A stretch of 21,046 bases of DNA from Candidatus Krumholzibacteriota bacterium (GCA_039714075.1 JBDLKA010000060.1:1-21046), one strand, 5' to 3'; numbered from the stretch's first letter, positions 1 to 8,101 are shown. Notes: generated by a model not told the origin, from the letters alone. Program-made: numbers and translations.

Positions 1-1362
1 ACCGGGGGATTTTTCTGGACCGGCGGGGTGTTCGCCCTGGCCCTGGTCGGTGCTCCGTATACCCAGGCCCAGATCGGCCATCTGAATCAGCTTCCTCCAC
101 CCTTTGTCCTGTTTTCCCTGGCCGCCGTGGTGACGGCCATGAAGCGCAGGGACGAGGGGCGGTCGGCGGCCGGTGCCTGGTGGTTGCTGGGTGGCGCCCT
201 GGTTATGCAGGCAACCTGGGGTTGGTACGGTTTTGCCCACGCCCTGATCGGCGTGGCGGTCTTGAAGGTTTTCCGGTTGGTGGTCGGAGTCCGCCGTGGG
301 GAAGGCTGGACGGGCCACATCGTCCCGGTGGTTCGGCAGGCCTGGCTGCCGGCGCTTCTGACGGGGATTGCGGTGGTCCTGCTGGCGTTGCCCCAGCTTC
401 AGACGGCCGACCGGTATCCCGAATTCACTCGCCGGTCCGACGAGGTCCGCTCCGGCAGCGCCGACTACCATCATTTCCTGAATCGAGGGGTCTATCGGGG
501 TGAGCCCGCCGACTGGATCGGCCGCGGCGTCGAAGGGCAGGCCCGTTACAAGGATCGCTACCGGCAGGTTCTGAATCCCGGCTGGGTGGCCTTTGTCCTG
601 GCGGTGATCGGTTGGTCCATGCGGGCCCGAATTTCCGCGCCGCGCCGCAGGCTGGGCGCCGGGCTCCTGGTCATGGGACTGGTGGGGTTGGTGTTCGCGT
701 TCGGGGATTCGGTGGGATTGCCGGGCACGGACAAACGGTTTCCCCTGCCCCTGGAGTGGTTGCGGACCGTCGTCCCGCCCTTCAAGGCCTTCCGGGGCGC
801 CTGGCGGTTTTCCTGGCTGTTCGTGATCGCGGTGGCCTGGTGGTCCGCGGTGGGTATCGAAGGCCTGGTCCGGCGGCCGGGGCTTGTCGGGCGACTGGCG
901 CCCGCGGTGGTTTCACTGCTGATCCTGGTTTCCCTGCCGGCGGCGGTGCCCGCATTGAAGGTTCCCCTGGAGGGACGCCTTCTGGGCCCCGCGGTTCAAC
1001 AATCAGGTCCCGTGGTGACCCTGCCCGCCCCGCCCCGGGAATTCGATGAGGATGTCACCGAAGCCCTGTGGATAGCCAGGATCCTGGAAACGGGCCAGCC
1101 CGTAACCGGGGGCACCACGGGGTGGGTTCCGCCGGAAATCGTGGATTTCCGGGTCCAGCTGAAAGCCTGCGAGGACGGCCATCTGGATCCTGCCCTGTTG
1201 TTTTCGAAATGGAAGGACCTGGGAATCGTTTCGGCGGAAATCGCCTTCAGACCTGGGGACGACCGGCGCACGGACTTCTGGCGGAAAACCCTATTGGCGG
1301 GAGGGGCGGTTCGCAGCGAACCCTGGCCCCGTCCCGGTTACGAAATGTACCTTCTGCCCTGA
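1..1362 (+). CDS. Polytopic membrane protein, possibly GT-C-fold / YfhO-like glycosyltransferase-associated (5' partial)
   Basis: Frame is open from base 1 (TGGFFWTGGVF...), so the start lies outside the window. Many hydrophobic helices are followed by a soluble C-terminal domain. FRGAWRFSWLF and GQPVTGGTTGWVPP resemble motifs I recall from YfhO-like membrane proteins (R-x-P-x-RF; PLVNGYSGF-x-P). Family call is inference. Confidence 0.55.
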   Translation, partial: TGGFFWTGGVFALALVGAPYTQAQIGHLNQLPPPFVLFSLAAVVTAMKRRDEGRSAAGAWWLLGGALVMQATWGWYGFAHALIGVAVLKVFRLVVGVRRGEGWTGHIVPVVRQAWLPALLTGIAVVLLALPQLQTADRYPEFTRRSDEVRSGSADYHHFLNRGVYRGEPADWIGRGVEGQARYKDRYRQVLNPGWVAFVLAVIGWSMRARISAPRRRLGAGLLVMGLVGLVFAFGDSVGLPGTDKRFPLPLEWLRTVVPPFKAFRGAWRFSWLFVIAVAWWSAVGIEGLVRRPGLVGRLAPAVVSLLILVSLPAAVPALKVPLEGRLLGPAVQQSGPVVTLPAPPREFDEDVTEALWIARILETGQPVTGGTTGWVPPEIVDFRVQLKACEDGHLDPALLFSKWKDLGIVSAEIAFRPGDDRRTDFWRKTLLAGGAVRSEPWPRPGYEMYLLP

Positions 1363-1381
1363 CCCGGAAGCGAAGGTCCGA

Positions 1382-1840
1382 TCAGTTGCAGCTACGCACC
1401 GTCAGTACGGGGCAGCCGGCGCGGCTGACGACCCTTTCGGCCACCGATCCGAAGACGACATGTTTCAAACCGGTGCGGCCGTGGGTGGCCATGAAGATGG
1501 CGTCGGCCTTTTCTTCGTCCGCCACCTGCAGGATCTGCTCGGAGGGCTGGCCCAGCCTGACCTCGAGCCGGGGTTCGACGCCTTCGGGGAAGATGGACTC
1601 CGAGACCTCGGCCAGCTTGGCCTGCGCATCCCGGGACACCTGCCTTTCGAAAGCGGAGGTGTCGAAGGTCATGTCCGCGGCTTCCACCTGGGGGCTGGGG
1701 AAGTGCTGGATGGGTTTGTTGACGAACAGGATGACGACCTCCGAACCGAATTTGTCGGCCATTTCGCTGGCCATTTTCAGTCCGCAAAGCGATGGTTCGC
1801 TGAAATCGGTGGGGCAGAGGATCTTCTGGAAGGGAAACAT
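1382..1840 (-). CDS. Universal stress protein (UspA domain), 152 aa
   Basis: N-terminal FQKILCPTDFSEPS and C-terminal MATHGRTGLKHVVFGSVAERVVSRAGCPVLTV are canonical USP motifs. The ATG at 1840 has a GGAGG Shine-Dalgarno upstream, so I prefer it to the track start at 1912. Confidence 0.95.
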   Translation of the reverse strand: MFPFQKILCPTDFSEPSLCGLKMASEMADKFGSEVVILFVNKPIQHFPSPQVEAADMTFDTSAFERQVSRDAQAKLAEVSESIFPEGVEPRLEVRLGQPSEQILQVADEEKADAIFMATHGRTGLKHVVFGSVAERVVSRAGCPVLTVRSCN

Positions 1841-1936
1841 GGTCCGACCTCCCGCGACTTCCCCGCAGCATGCGGGTATGGGATGAATCCGGGCAACGAG
1901 CCCTGACACCACACAAACTACAAAGGTTTAGCGCTC

Positions 1937-2650
1937 ATGGCCTTTTATTCCGACTTCGCCGGGCACTACGAAAAGATCTTCCCCTTTCGCCGGCCGGTGG
2001 CCGATTTCCTGGACCAATGGCTCCCGAATGAGGGCAGGATCCTGGACATCGGTTGCGGGACCGGCCGGTATTGCGAAGCCCTGGACCGGACGGGCCGCCG
2101 TTCGCTGGGCATCGATCTGGATCCGGGGATGATCGGCGAGGCCGGCCGGATCCACCCGGAGGGGGAGTTCCGCATCCTGGGCATGGAGCAGATCGGGTTA
2201 TTGCCGGCGGGGAGCTTCGCGGGGATTTTTTGCATTGGGAATGTCCTGCCCCATCTTCCGGCCCATCGCCTGGCCGGTTTCCTGGTCGATGTCAATACCA
2301 TCCTGGAACCCGGCGGGGTCTGGGTTTTCCAGACCGTGAATTTCGACCCGATTCTAGGCGAAGAGGATTTCATTTTTCCGGAGATCAATCTGCCCACGGA
2401 CCAACTGACCTTCCTGCGATGGTACGAGGATATCCGCACCGACCGGTTGGTGTTCCACACGAGTCTGGCCGGACCGGAGGGAGAGATTTTCGCGGGCGAG
2501 GTGGCTCTGTTTCCCCGCACGAGTGTCGATTACGATATGGGGCACAAGGCGGCGGGGTTCGAGAAGCTGGGACATTTCGCGGATTTTGCCGGCAAGGGAT
2601 TCCATCCGGGGGAGAATTCGGGCAGCGTTTTTGTCTGGCGGAAACCCTGA
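1937..2650 (+). CDS. Class I SAM-dependent methyltransferase (Methyltransf_25-like)
   Basis: Motif I ILDIGCGTG, acidic GIDLD after strand 2, and CIGNVLPH as in glycine/sarcosine N-methyltransferase-like proteins. Substrate unknown. Confidence 0.9.
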   Translation: MAFYSDFAGHYEKIFPFRRPVADFLDQWLPNEGRILDIGCGTGRYCEALDRTGRRSLGIDLDPGMIGEAGRIHPEGEFRILGMEQIGLLPAGSFAGIFCIGNVLPHLPAHRLAGFLVDVNTILEPGGVWVFQTVNFDPILGEEDFIFPEINLPTDQLTFLRWYEDIRTDRLVFHTSLAGPEGEIFAGEVALFPRTSVDYDMGHKAAGFEKLGHFADFAGKGFHPGENSGSVFVWRKP

Positions 2651-4024
2651 TTATTTCCTTCGCATCAAAAACAAAGTTCGTTCGCTGCCTTCGATTCCCG
2701 TCTGTTCGAGGATCTCGAAGCGTCCGGCAAAGGCCTGCTGGAACCCGGCCAGATCGTAATGGGGAAAGACATCTTCCCTAGTAGCCAGCAACCGCTGGAC
2801 CTGCGAATCGGACTTCGGCACGAACTCGATAATTAGATTCCGACCGGCCCGCGCGAAAAACTCGGCCAGCCTGTCCAGCGGCACGTTGTTGCTGATGGCA
2901 AGATGGTGGATCAACGCCAGGGCGATCACCGTATCGGCGGGTCCGCGATCCAGCAGCGCGTCCCTCTCCTGGTGGTCCCAGCCCAGGCCGGGACTGGGGT
3001 TGGTCAGGTCCATCACCAGCGGCAGCATTTCGGGCCGCCCGCCCTTGCGGCACGCCCGCCAGTTCTGTTCCACCGCGGTCGGATCGATATCCGCCGCCAG
3101 GGTGAACAGGCCCCGGTCGCTGGCCACCTGGCTGAAGAACCCGTTGTTGGCCCCGACGTCCCAGACGGTGCGGCTGTCGGTCTTGTCCAGCATGTCCCCG
3201 ACGAGCTTCTTCTTCGTCTGGAGGGAAGAATCCGAGTAGTTGGTGTCGTCGTAGTACTCGCCCCACTCGGTGCCGCCCGGACGCCAGTTCAGCTTGGTAA
3301 CGGCGCCTTTCAGGCTGTCCAGAATTCCCAGCAGGGCGTTCTTGCCGACCCGGGTTTTTTTGCCGGTCGCCCCGCTCGACTGGTGCTTTTTCTGGCTGCG
3401 GGCGTGGGCATGAATGTGCATCAACAAACCGGGCGAAAGACGGCTGCGCCAGGGCAGCAGGCCGGCCGCCAGATCCAGGGGAACCCCGTCGATATTGGTC
3501 CGCAGCAGGGCGCCCAGGCGAATGTCGCGCTGGGCCATCAGGGCCAACGGAGCCAAAAAATGCTGGCAGAACTGGCGGTAGGCCACCCACGGTTCGCCTT
3601 CACGGTACGCGGTGAAGGACAGCGAGTCGATGAGCACGGGCCGTCCCTGATGGAACTGGATGTTGTAGGCGCTGGCGTCCTTCAGCGTCATGCCCTTCTT
3701 CAGGGCCAGGCGCTGGATGCGCAGCGTGGTCAGGGCGGCGTCCTTCAGCTGGGAAAAGCACCACTCATAGGGATAGCTGATGAAAGTCACGGGCTCGGGT
3801 TCCAGGATCCGGACCGCTTCGTCGCTACGGGCCAGGTCGAGTGAAACTTCGGTGTGGGGGATGAGCAATCCCTTTTCGACCAGGAGGTCGTACAGGCCGG
3901 AATCCCGCAGCAGGTCGTAGTCCGCGGCGTAGGACCGGTTCACCTGGCGGTAGAGTTTTCCCTGGTCGTGAAACAGAAACCCGCTGGGATCGCGGAAAGA
4001 GGCGGCATGGTGTCCGTCACTCAT
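2651..4024 (-). CDS. NoeA-like protein: N-terminal kinase-like region plus C-terminal class I SAM methyltransferase
   Basis: SFRDPSGF, FISYPYEWCFSQLKDAAL, LKDASAYNIQF, W-x-AYRQFCQHFLAPLAL and LALIHHLAISNNVPL match my recollection of NoeA-family proteins. SAM motif VWDVGANNG...AADID is present. Confidence 0.85.
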   Translation of the reverse strand: MSDGHHAASFRDPSGFLFHDQGKLYRQVNRSYAADYDLLRDSGLYDLLVEKGLLIPHTEVSLDLARSDEAVRILEPEPVTFISYPYEWCFSQLKDAALTTLRIQRLALKKGMTLKDASAYNIQFHQGRPVLIDSLSFTAYREGEPWVAYRQFCQHFLAPLALMAQRDIRLGALLRTNIDGVPLDLAAGLLPWRSRLSPGLLMHIHAHARSQKKHQSSGATGKKTRVGKNALLGILDSLKGAVTKLNWRPGGTEWGEYYDDTNYSDSSLQTKKKLVGDMLDKTDSRTVWDVGANNGFFSQVASDRGLFTLAADIDPTAVEQNWRACRKGGRPEMLPLVMDLTNPSPGLGWDHQERDALLDRGPADTVIALALIHHLAISNNVPLDRLAEFFARAGRNLIIEFVPKSDSQVQRLLATREDVFPHYDLAGFQQAFAGRFEILEQTGIEGSERTLFLMRRK

Positions 4025-4271
4025 CGGCGTCGTCGTCTTCGGCCACCGGTTTTCCGGTCAGCAGCGCCTTGATCCGGTGCCAGAACATCTTGATGGCGAA
4101 GCCCGCGCCCACCACCGCGGCGATGACGCCCTGGATCAGGAAGCTGCCCGTCCCGGGATCGAGGTAGGCCAAAGCGTCCACGGGAAACAGGATGACGGCC
4201 AGGGCCATGACCAGCGCCAGGGAAGTCCAGGAGCCTCGGCGGGAACTTTTTCGGCAGATTTTAATATTCAT
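4017..4271 (-). CDS. Small membrane protein, 84 aa, with AYLDPGTGS motif
   Basis: This is the C-terminal 84 aa of the track ORF 4017..5120. It has a basic N-region, hydrophobic stretch, ALA cleavage motif, YLDPGTGS, a second hydrophobic helix and an acidic tail (EDDDADE). Its stop overlaps the NoeA-like start (ATGAGTGA). Confidence 0.8.
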   Translation of the reverse strand: MNIKICRKSSRRGSWTSLALVMALAVILFPVDALAYLDPGTGSFLIQGVIAAVVGAGFAIKMFWHRIKALLTGKPVAEDDDADE

Positions 4272-4502
4272 GTCTTTACCCGTGGGGCCCGGGCCCCGGT
4301 TGATGGTTCCTCCAGTCAGGCAACAATATGTCCTGCCCGACCGTTTTGTAAAGATCCGGCCGGAAATTGTGGTTCCGGGCCGGGGGGAGGTCGTTCTTGC
4401 CATTTGCGGAAGATCCTGATATTTCTGCAATAAGTCGATCGGGATCCCCGAGGAACAGGGATCCCCATTTCCCAGGGATTTCATGGAACGAAGGATGATG
4501 AG

Positions 4503-5690
4503 ATGGAGCTGACCAGGAAAAGCGCCCCCGCCTGGGGTGTCCTGTTGTTTTTGACCCTCGCTGCGACCTGCCTTTTTCCCTTTCCGGCTTTGGCTGCCGA
4601 GGGGGAAGCCGCCACCGATACCGCCTCTCCGGTCACTTTGGCGGGTGATTTCAAATCCGCCATCGTCATCGACGCCGAAACCGGGCTGGTCCTGGTGGCC
4701 ACCAATCCGAACAAGCGCCGGCAGCCCGCGTCCATGTTGAAGATGATGACCGAGCTGCTCGTCCTGGAACATGTGGCCGAAGGCGACCTCAAGCTGGAGG
4801 ACCCGATCAAGGTGTCCGCCAAGGCCAGCAAGATGGGGGGCTCGCAGGTCTATCTGAAGCACGGGGAAACCTTCAGTGTGGAAGAGTTGCTGCATGCCCT
4901 GGCCATTCATTCGGCCAACGACGCCTCGGTGGCTTTGGCCGAGCATCTCGCCGGTTCCACGGACGCCTTCATCGACCTGATGAACATGAAGGCCAAGGAC
5001 CTCGGCATGACCGACACGGATTTCCATACCGTGCACGGGCTGCCCCCCGGATGGAAGCAGAAGCCCGATATGACCACCGCCCGGGACCTGGCTATTCTGG
5101 GCCGGGAGTTGGTGCAGCATCCTCTGGCTCTGGAGTGGGCCTCGACAAAAACCGCGCCTTTCCGCGGCGGCGAGTTCACCCTCTACAATCCCAACAAACT
5201 GGTCGGGAACTACCGCGGGCTGGACGGCCTGAAGACCGGCTACACCGGACCCGCCGGTTTCTGTGTCACCGCCACGGCCATCCAGAAAGGCAAGCGGCTG
5301 ATCTCAGTGGTGATGGGCTGCTCCACCGACAAGGCCCGGGCCACCGAAACCACCCGCCTGCTGACCTACGGCTTCAACATGTACGCGCAGATTCCCGTGA
5401 TCGCAGCGGCCGGGGAAGCCCTGCCCGATCCGGTTGCCGTCAAGGGCGGCAAGAAGAAGAAGGTGCCGGTTGCCTACGGGGAGTCCCTGACCGTCAGTGT
5501 TCCCAAGAACCGGGAGCGCGACCTCGTCATCCAGAACGAAATTTCCGAGCCTGTGCAGGCGCCCCTGACCCTGGGACTCGAAGTCGGCCGCGCGGTGGTC
5601 CTGCTCGACGGGCTGGAACTCGGCAGCGTTCCCATCGTGACCATGGAGGAAATAGCCAAGGGGAACTGGCTCAACCGATTGTTGAATTGA
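4503..5690 (+). CDS. dacA: D-alanyl-D-alanine carboxypeptidase (peptidase S11, PBP5/6 type)
   Basis: Signal peptide; SxxK (PASMLK), SxN (HSAND) and KTG (LKTGYT) motifs; HGL motif; PBP5-like C-terminal domain. Confidence 0.93.
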   Translation: MELTRKSAPAWGVLLFLTLAATCLFPFPALAAEGEAATDTASPVTLAGDFKSAIVIDAETGLVLVATNPNKRRQPASMLKMMTELLVLEHVAEGDLKLEDPIKVSAKASKMGGSQVYLKHGETFSVEELLHALAIHSANDASVALAEHLAGSTDAFIDLMNMKAKDLGMTDTDFHTVHGLPPGWKQKPDMTTARDLAILGRELVQHPLALEWASTKTAPFRGGEFTLYNPNKLVGNYRGLDGLKTGYTGPAGFCVTATAIQKGKRLISVVMGCSTDKARATETTRLLTYGFNMYAQIPVIAAAGEALPDPVAVKGGKKKKVPVAYGESLTVSVPKNRERDLVIQNEISEPVQAPLTLGLEVGRAVVLLDGLELGSVPIVTMEEIAKGNWLNRLLN

Positions 5691-5761
5691 GAGATACACC
5701 AAAGGTCAAAAAACAGCAGAAAATCGGGAACAAAAGCGCTTGCTAATCTTATAACATCTTA

Positions 5762-5790
5762 TTGCCGGGGTGATACCAACCCCTTACAAT
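5762..5790 (+). promoter_or_regulatory. Sigma70-type promoter for the cytochrome gene
   Basis: TTGCCG (5762-5767), 17-nt spacer, TACAAT (5785-5790) in an AT-rich intergenic region; strong GAGGAGG RBS before the ATG at 5855. Confidence 0.6.
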
Positions 5791-5854
5791 GGAAAAAGAT
5801 GATTATTCAGGAAGCAGGTAGACTGGAGACAGTCCCACGCTCCGAGGAGGAATC

Positions 5855-6421
5855 ATGAAAAGGCAGATGTTCATCTCGTTATTCCTGGTCGCGCTCTGCG
5901 GCTTGATGCTGGGTCCCGCCCAAAGTGTCCTGGCCGGTGATGAAGCCGGTCCGGAACTTGTCGGCTCGCCCAAGTGCAAGGCCTGTCACAAGGCCAAAAC
6001 CGGGGATCAGTGGAAGATCTGGACCGAATCGAAACATGCCGGAGCCTTCGAAACGCTGGCTTCCGAAGAGGCTCTGAAGATTGCCGCCGACCAGGGTCTG
6101 GGCGACCCGCAAAAGGAAGAGGCTTGTTTGAAATGCCACGTCACCGGGGCATTCCTGGGGTCCGAGATCGTGGTCAGCGCCAAAGGCAAATATGTCCCGG
6201 ACGAGGGTATCGGTTGTGAGGCCTGCCATGGTCCCGGCTCGGCCTACAAGTCCAAGAAGGTCATGGTGGATCCCGCCGCGGCCAAGGAGGCCGGCCTGTT
6301 GAGGGATAATACCGAGGCCGCCTGCACCAAGTGCCACAACGAATCAAGCCCCACTTTCAAGGGCTTCGATTTCGAGAAGCGTTGGGCCGAAATAGCCCAC
6401 TCCGTCCCCGAGAAGGAATAG
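5855..6421 (+). CDS. Exported tetraheme c-type cytochrome (cytochrome c554-like family)
   Basis: Sec signal peptide and four CxxCH motifs (CKACH, CLKCH, CEACH, CTKCH). W-x-x-S-K-H and GIGCEACHGPGS are typical of c554-like domains. Confidence 0.92.
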   Translation: MKRQMFISLFLVALCGLMLGPAQSVLAGDEAGPELVGSPKCKACHKAKTGDQWKIWTESKHAGAFETLASEEALKIAADQGLGDPQKEEACLKCHVTGAFLGSEIVVSAKGKYVPDEGIGCEACHGPGSAYKSKKVMVDPAAAKEAGLLRDNTEAACTKCHNESSPTFKGFDFEKRWAEIAHSVPEKE

Positions 6422-6451
6422 GTCCCGGTCCGATCGGAAAAGGACGTCAAG

Positions 6452-8068
6452 TTGAACTTCACCCGGAATTGGGATTCCAGAAAAGAAACCCCCACCGCCT
6501 GGTCAAAGCGGTGGGGGTTCTTTTTTACGCTGGTGGTCGGGGGCGTGGCGATTCTGCATCTGGCGGGTTGCGCCGGTTCCGCGCCGGAAGAATGTCTTGA
6601 CCCGGGAAGCGCCGGTTTTACGGCGACCGCCGATTCGCTGGGCCTGGAGGAATTCCTCGCCCTGGAGCCCGCCCACCGGCAGCAGAGGCGCAACCAGGCC
6701 GAGACGTGGTTGGACAGGGCCGCGAACGCCGGCAGGGCCGGCGACAGGGTGCGGGCATTGTCCAACGCGGCGGGACTGGCCCCGGACGACCCGGAGATCT
6801 GGCTGCGGTTGGCCCATATCTGGCGTTGGATCGGGGAGAACCTGCGGACCGAAGCCTGTCTGGACAACGCGGCGGCCGCGGTCCGCAATCTGGGCAGCCG
6901 GGAATCAGATTTTTTCCGTCGGTCCGCCGGTTTCAAGAAGGATGTCGCCCTGCGCACGGGCCTGCTGCGGGCCTGGCTGCACTACGACCGGGCGGAGTAT
7001 CATGAAGGTTTGGACTGGGCCCGGACCGCTATAAAGTTGGAGCCGGGAAATGCCTTGGCCTGGCAGATTCTGGGTTTGCTGGAAGGTAGCGTGGGGCACC
7101 GTTCACAGGCCCACGAGGTGGCCGGGGACATGATGCGGGCCAGGGGTTACAATACCGACAGCGACTGGATCCTTTCCACCGTGGATCGTTCCACGGGCCT
7201 GTACCGGGAGTCCTTCAACTATTTCCTGGGTCTTCGTCCCCAGGAAGACCATATCGCCGAATGCTGGCGGGACATGGGGCTGGCCGCCGAACGGGTGGCC
7301 GAATGGTCCTACGCCAGGCGCTGGTACCGGGAATCGGCGGCCAGCCTGCCTTTCGAAGACACTTCCTGCCTGGTGGAGGTTTCCAGCCCCCGTCTGGACT
7401 ATCGTCTGCGCTCGGTGCGGCAACCGGTGTGGTTGGCCTTCGGCCGCTACTTCGTGACCGGATCCCGGTCGGCCTACACCGCCCATGCCCTCAAGAAGTT
7501 CGACGAGTCTTCCGGCGCTGAAGAGAGGGCTGCCTGGGCCGGTCTTCTCGTGAATTCCGCGGGAATCTGCCTCCGTATGAAATTGGATACCCCCTGGGCG
7601 CTGCGTGCCCGGGGAATCGTTTTTTCGCGAACCGGCAAGATCGACCGCGGACTCAAGGATCTTCAACGGGCTTCGAGGCAGTTGAAGGTACTAGGTGTCG
7701 AGGACGCGCGGACAGAAGCCGAAATCGGACACCTGTTCCTGCTCAAGGAAAAGACGGGCCGGGCCGTTTCCCATCTCCGCCTGGCCCTGGGAATGGATGA
7801 CGGAATGGCGACCGCGTGGAGCGACCTGGGCCTGGCTTTGATCATGATGGGCGACGAGGAAGAAGCCGAAAAGGCGCTGACCAGGTCCCTCGAATTGGAT
7901 TCCTCCTCGGCCACGGCCTGGTACAACCGGGGCCTGATGAGCATGCATGCCGGGAATCTGGACCAGGCGGAGGCCGACCTGAAAAAAGCGGCGGAAATGG
8001 CTCCCGACAATCAGCAGGTGGGCCGGTTGCTGCAGCAGGTCGTCCAAAGGAAAAAAGAGGGCAAGTGA
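6452..8068 (+). CDS. TPR-repeat lipoprotein
   Basis: Lipobox LAGC after a hydrophobic stretch; clear C-terminal TPRs (AWSDLGLALIMMG...A; AWYNRGLMSMHAG...AEADLKKAAEMAPDN). The TTG start is uncertain. Confidence 0.8.
   Translation: MNFTRNWDSRKETPTAWSKRWGFFFTLVVGGVAILHLAGCAGSAPEECLDPGSAGFTATADSLGLEEFLALEPAHRQQRRNQAETWLDRAANAGRAGDRVRALSNAAGLAPDDPEIWLRLAHIWRWIGENLRTEACLDNAAAAVRNLGSRESDFFRRSAGFKKDVALRTGLLRAWLHYDRAEYHEGLDWARTAIKLEPGNALAWQILGLLEGSVGHRSQAHEVAGDMMRARGYNTDSDWILSTVDRSTGLYRESFNYFLGLRPQEDHIAECWRDMGLAAERVAEWSYARRWYRESAASLPFEDTSCLVEVSSPRLDYRLRSVRQPVWLAFGRYFVTGSRSAYTAHALKKFDESSGAEERAAWAGLLVNSAGICLRMKLDTPWALRARGIVFSRTGKIDRGLKDLQRASRQLKVLGVEDARTEAEIGHLFLLKEKTGRAVSHLRLALGMDDGMATAWSDLGLALIMMGDEEEAEKALTRSLELDSSSATAWYNRGLMSMHAGNLDQAEADLKKAAEMAPDNQQVGRLLQQVVQRKKEGK
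6487..6526 (+). terminator. Intrinsic terminator-like hairpin downstream of the cytochrome gene (possibly bidirectional)
   Basis: 12-bp perfect stem AACCCCCACCGC / GCGGTGGGGGTT, 9-nt loop, then CTTTTTT; an A-run lies on the 5' side. Confidence 0.7.
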
Positions 8069-8101
8069 CCGGTTTTTAGTTCCTCGATAAACCCTATTTC
8101 A

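Noticed and set aside
4441..4465. GGGATCCC twice, 9 nt apart, upstream of dacA
   Set aside because: It is a short self-palindromic GC-rich word with no further evidence of function.
4272..5120. N-terminal 283 aa of the 367-aa track ORF
   Set aside because: It overlaps dacA on the opposite strand and the divergent promoter region; only the last 84 aa look like a real protein.
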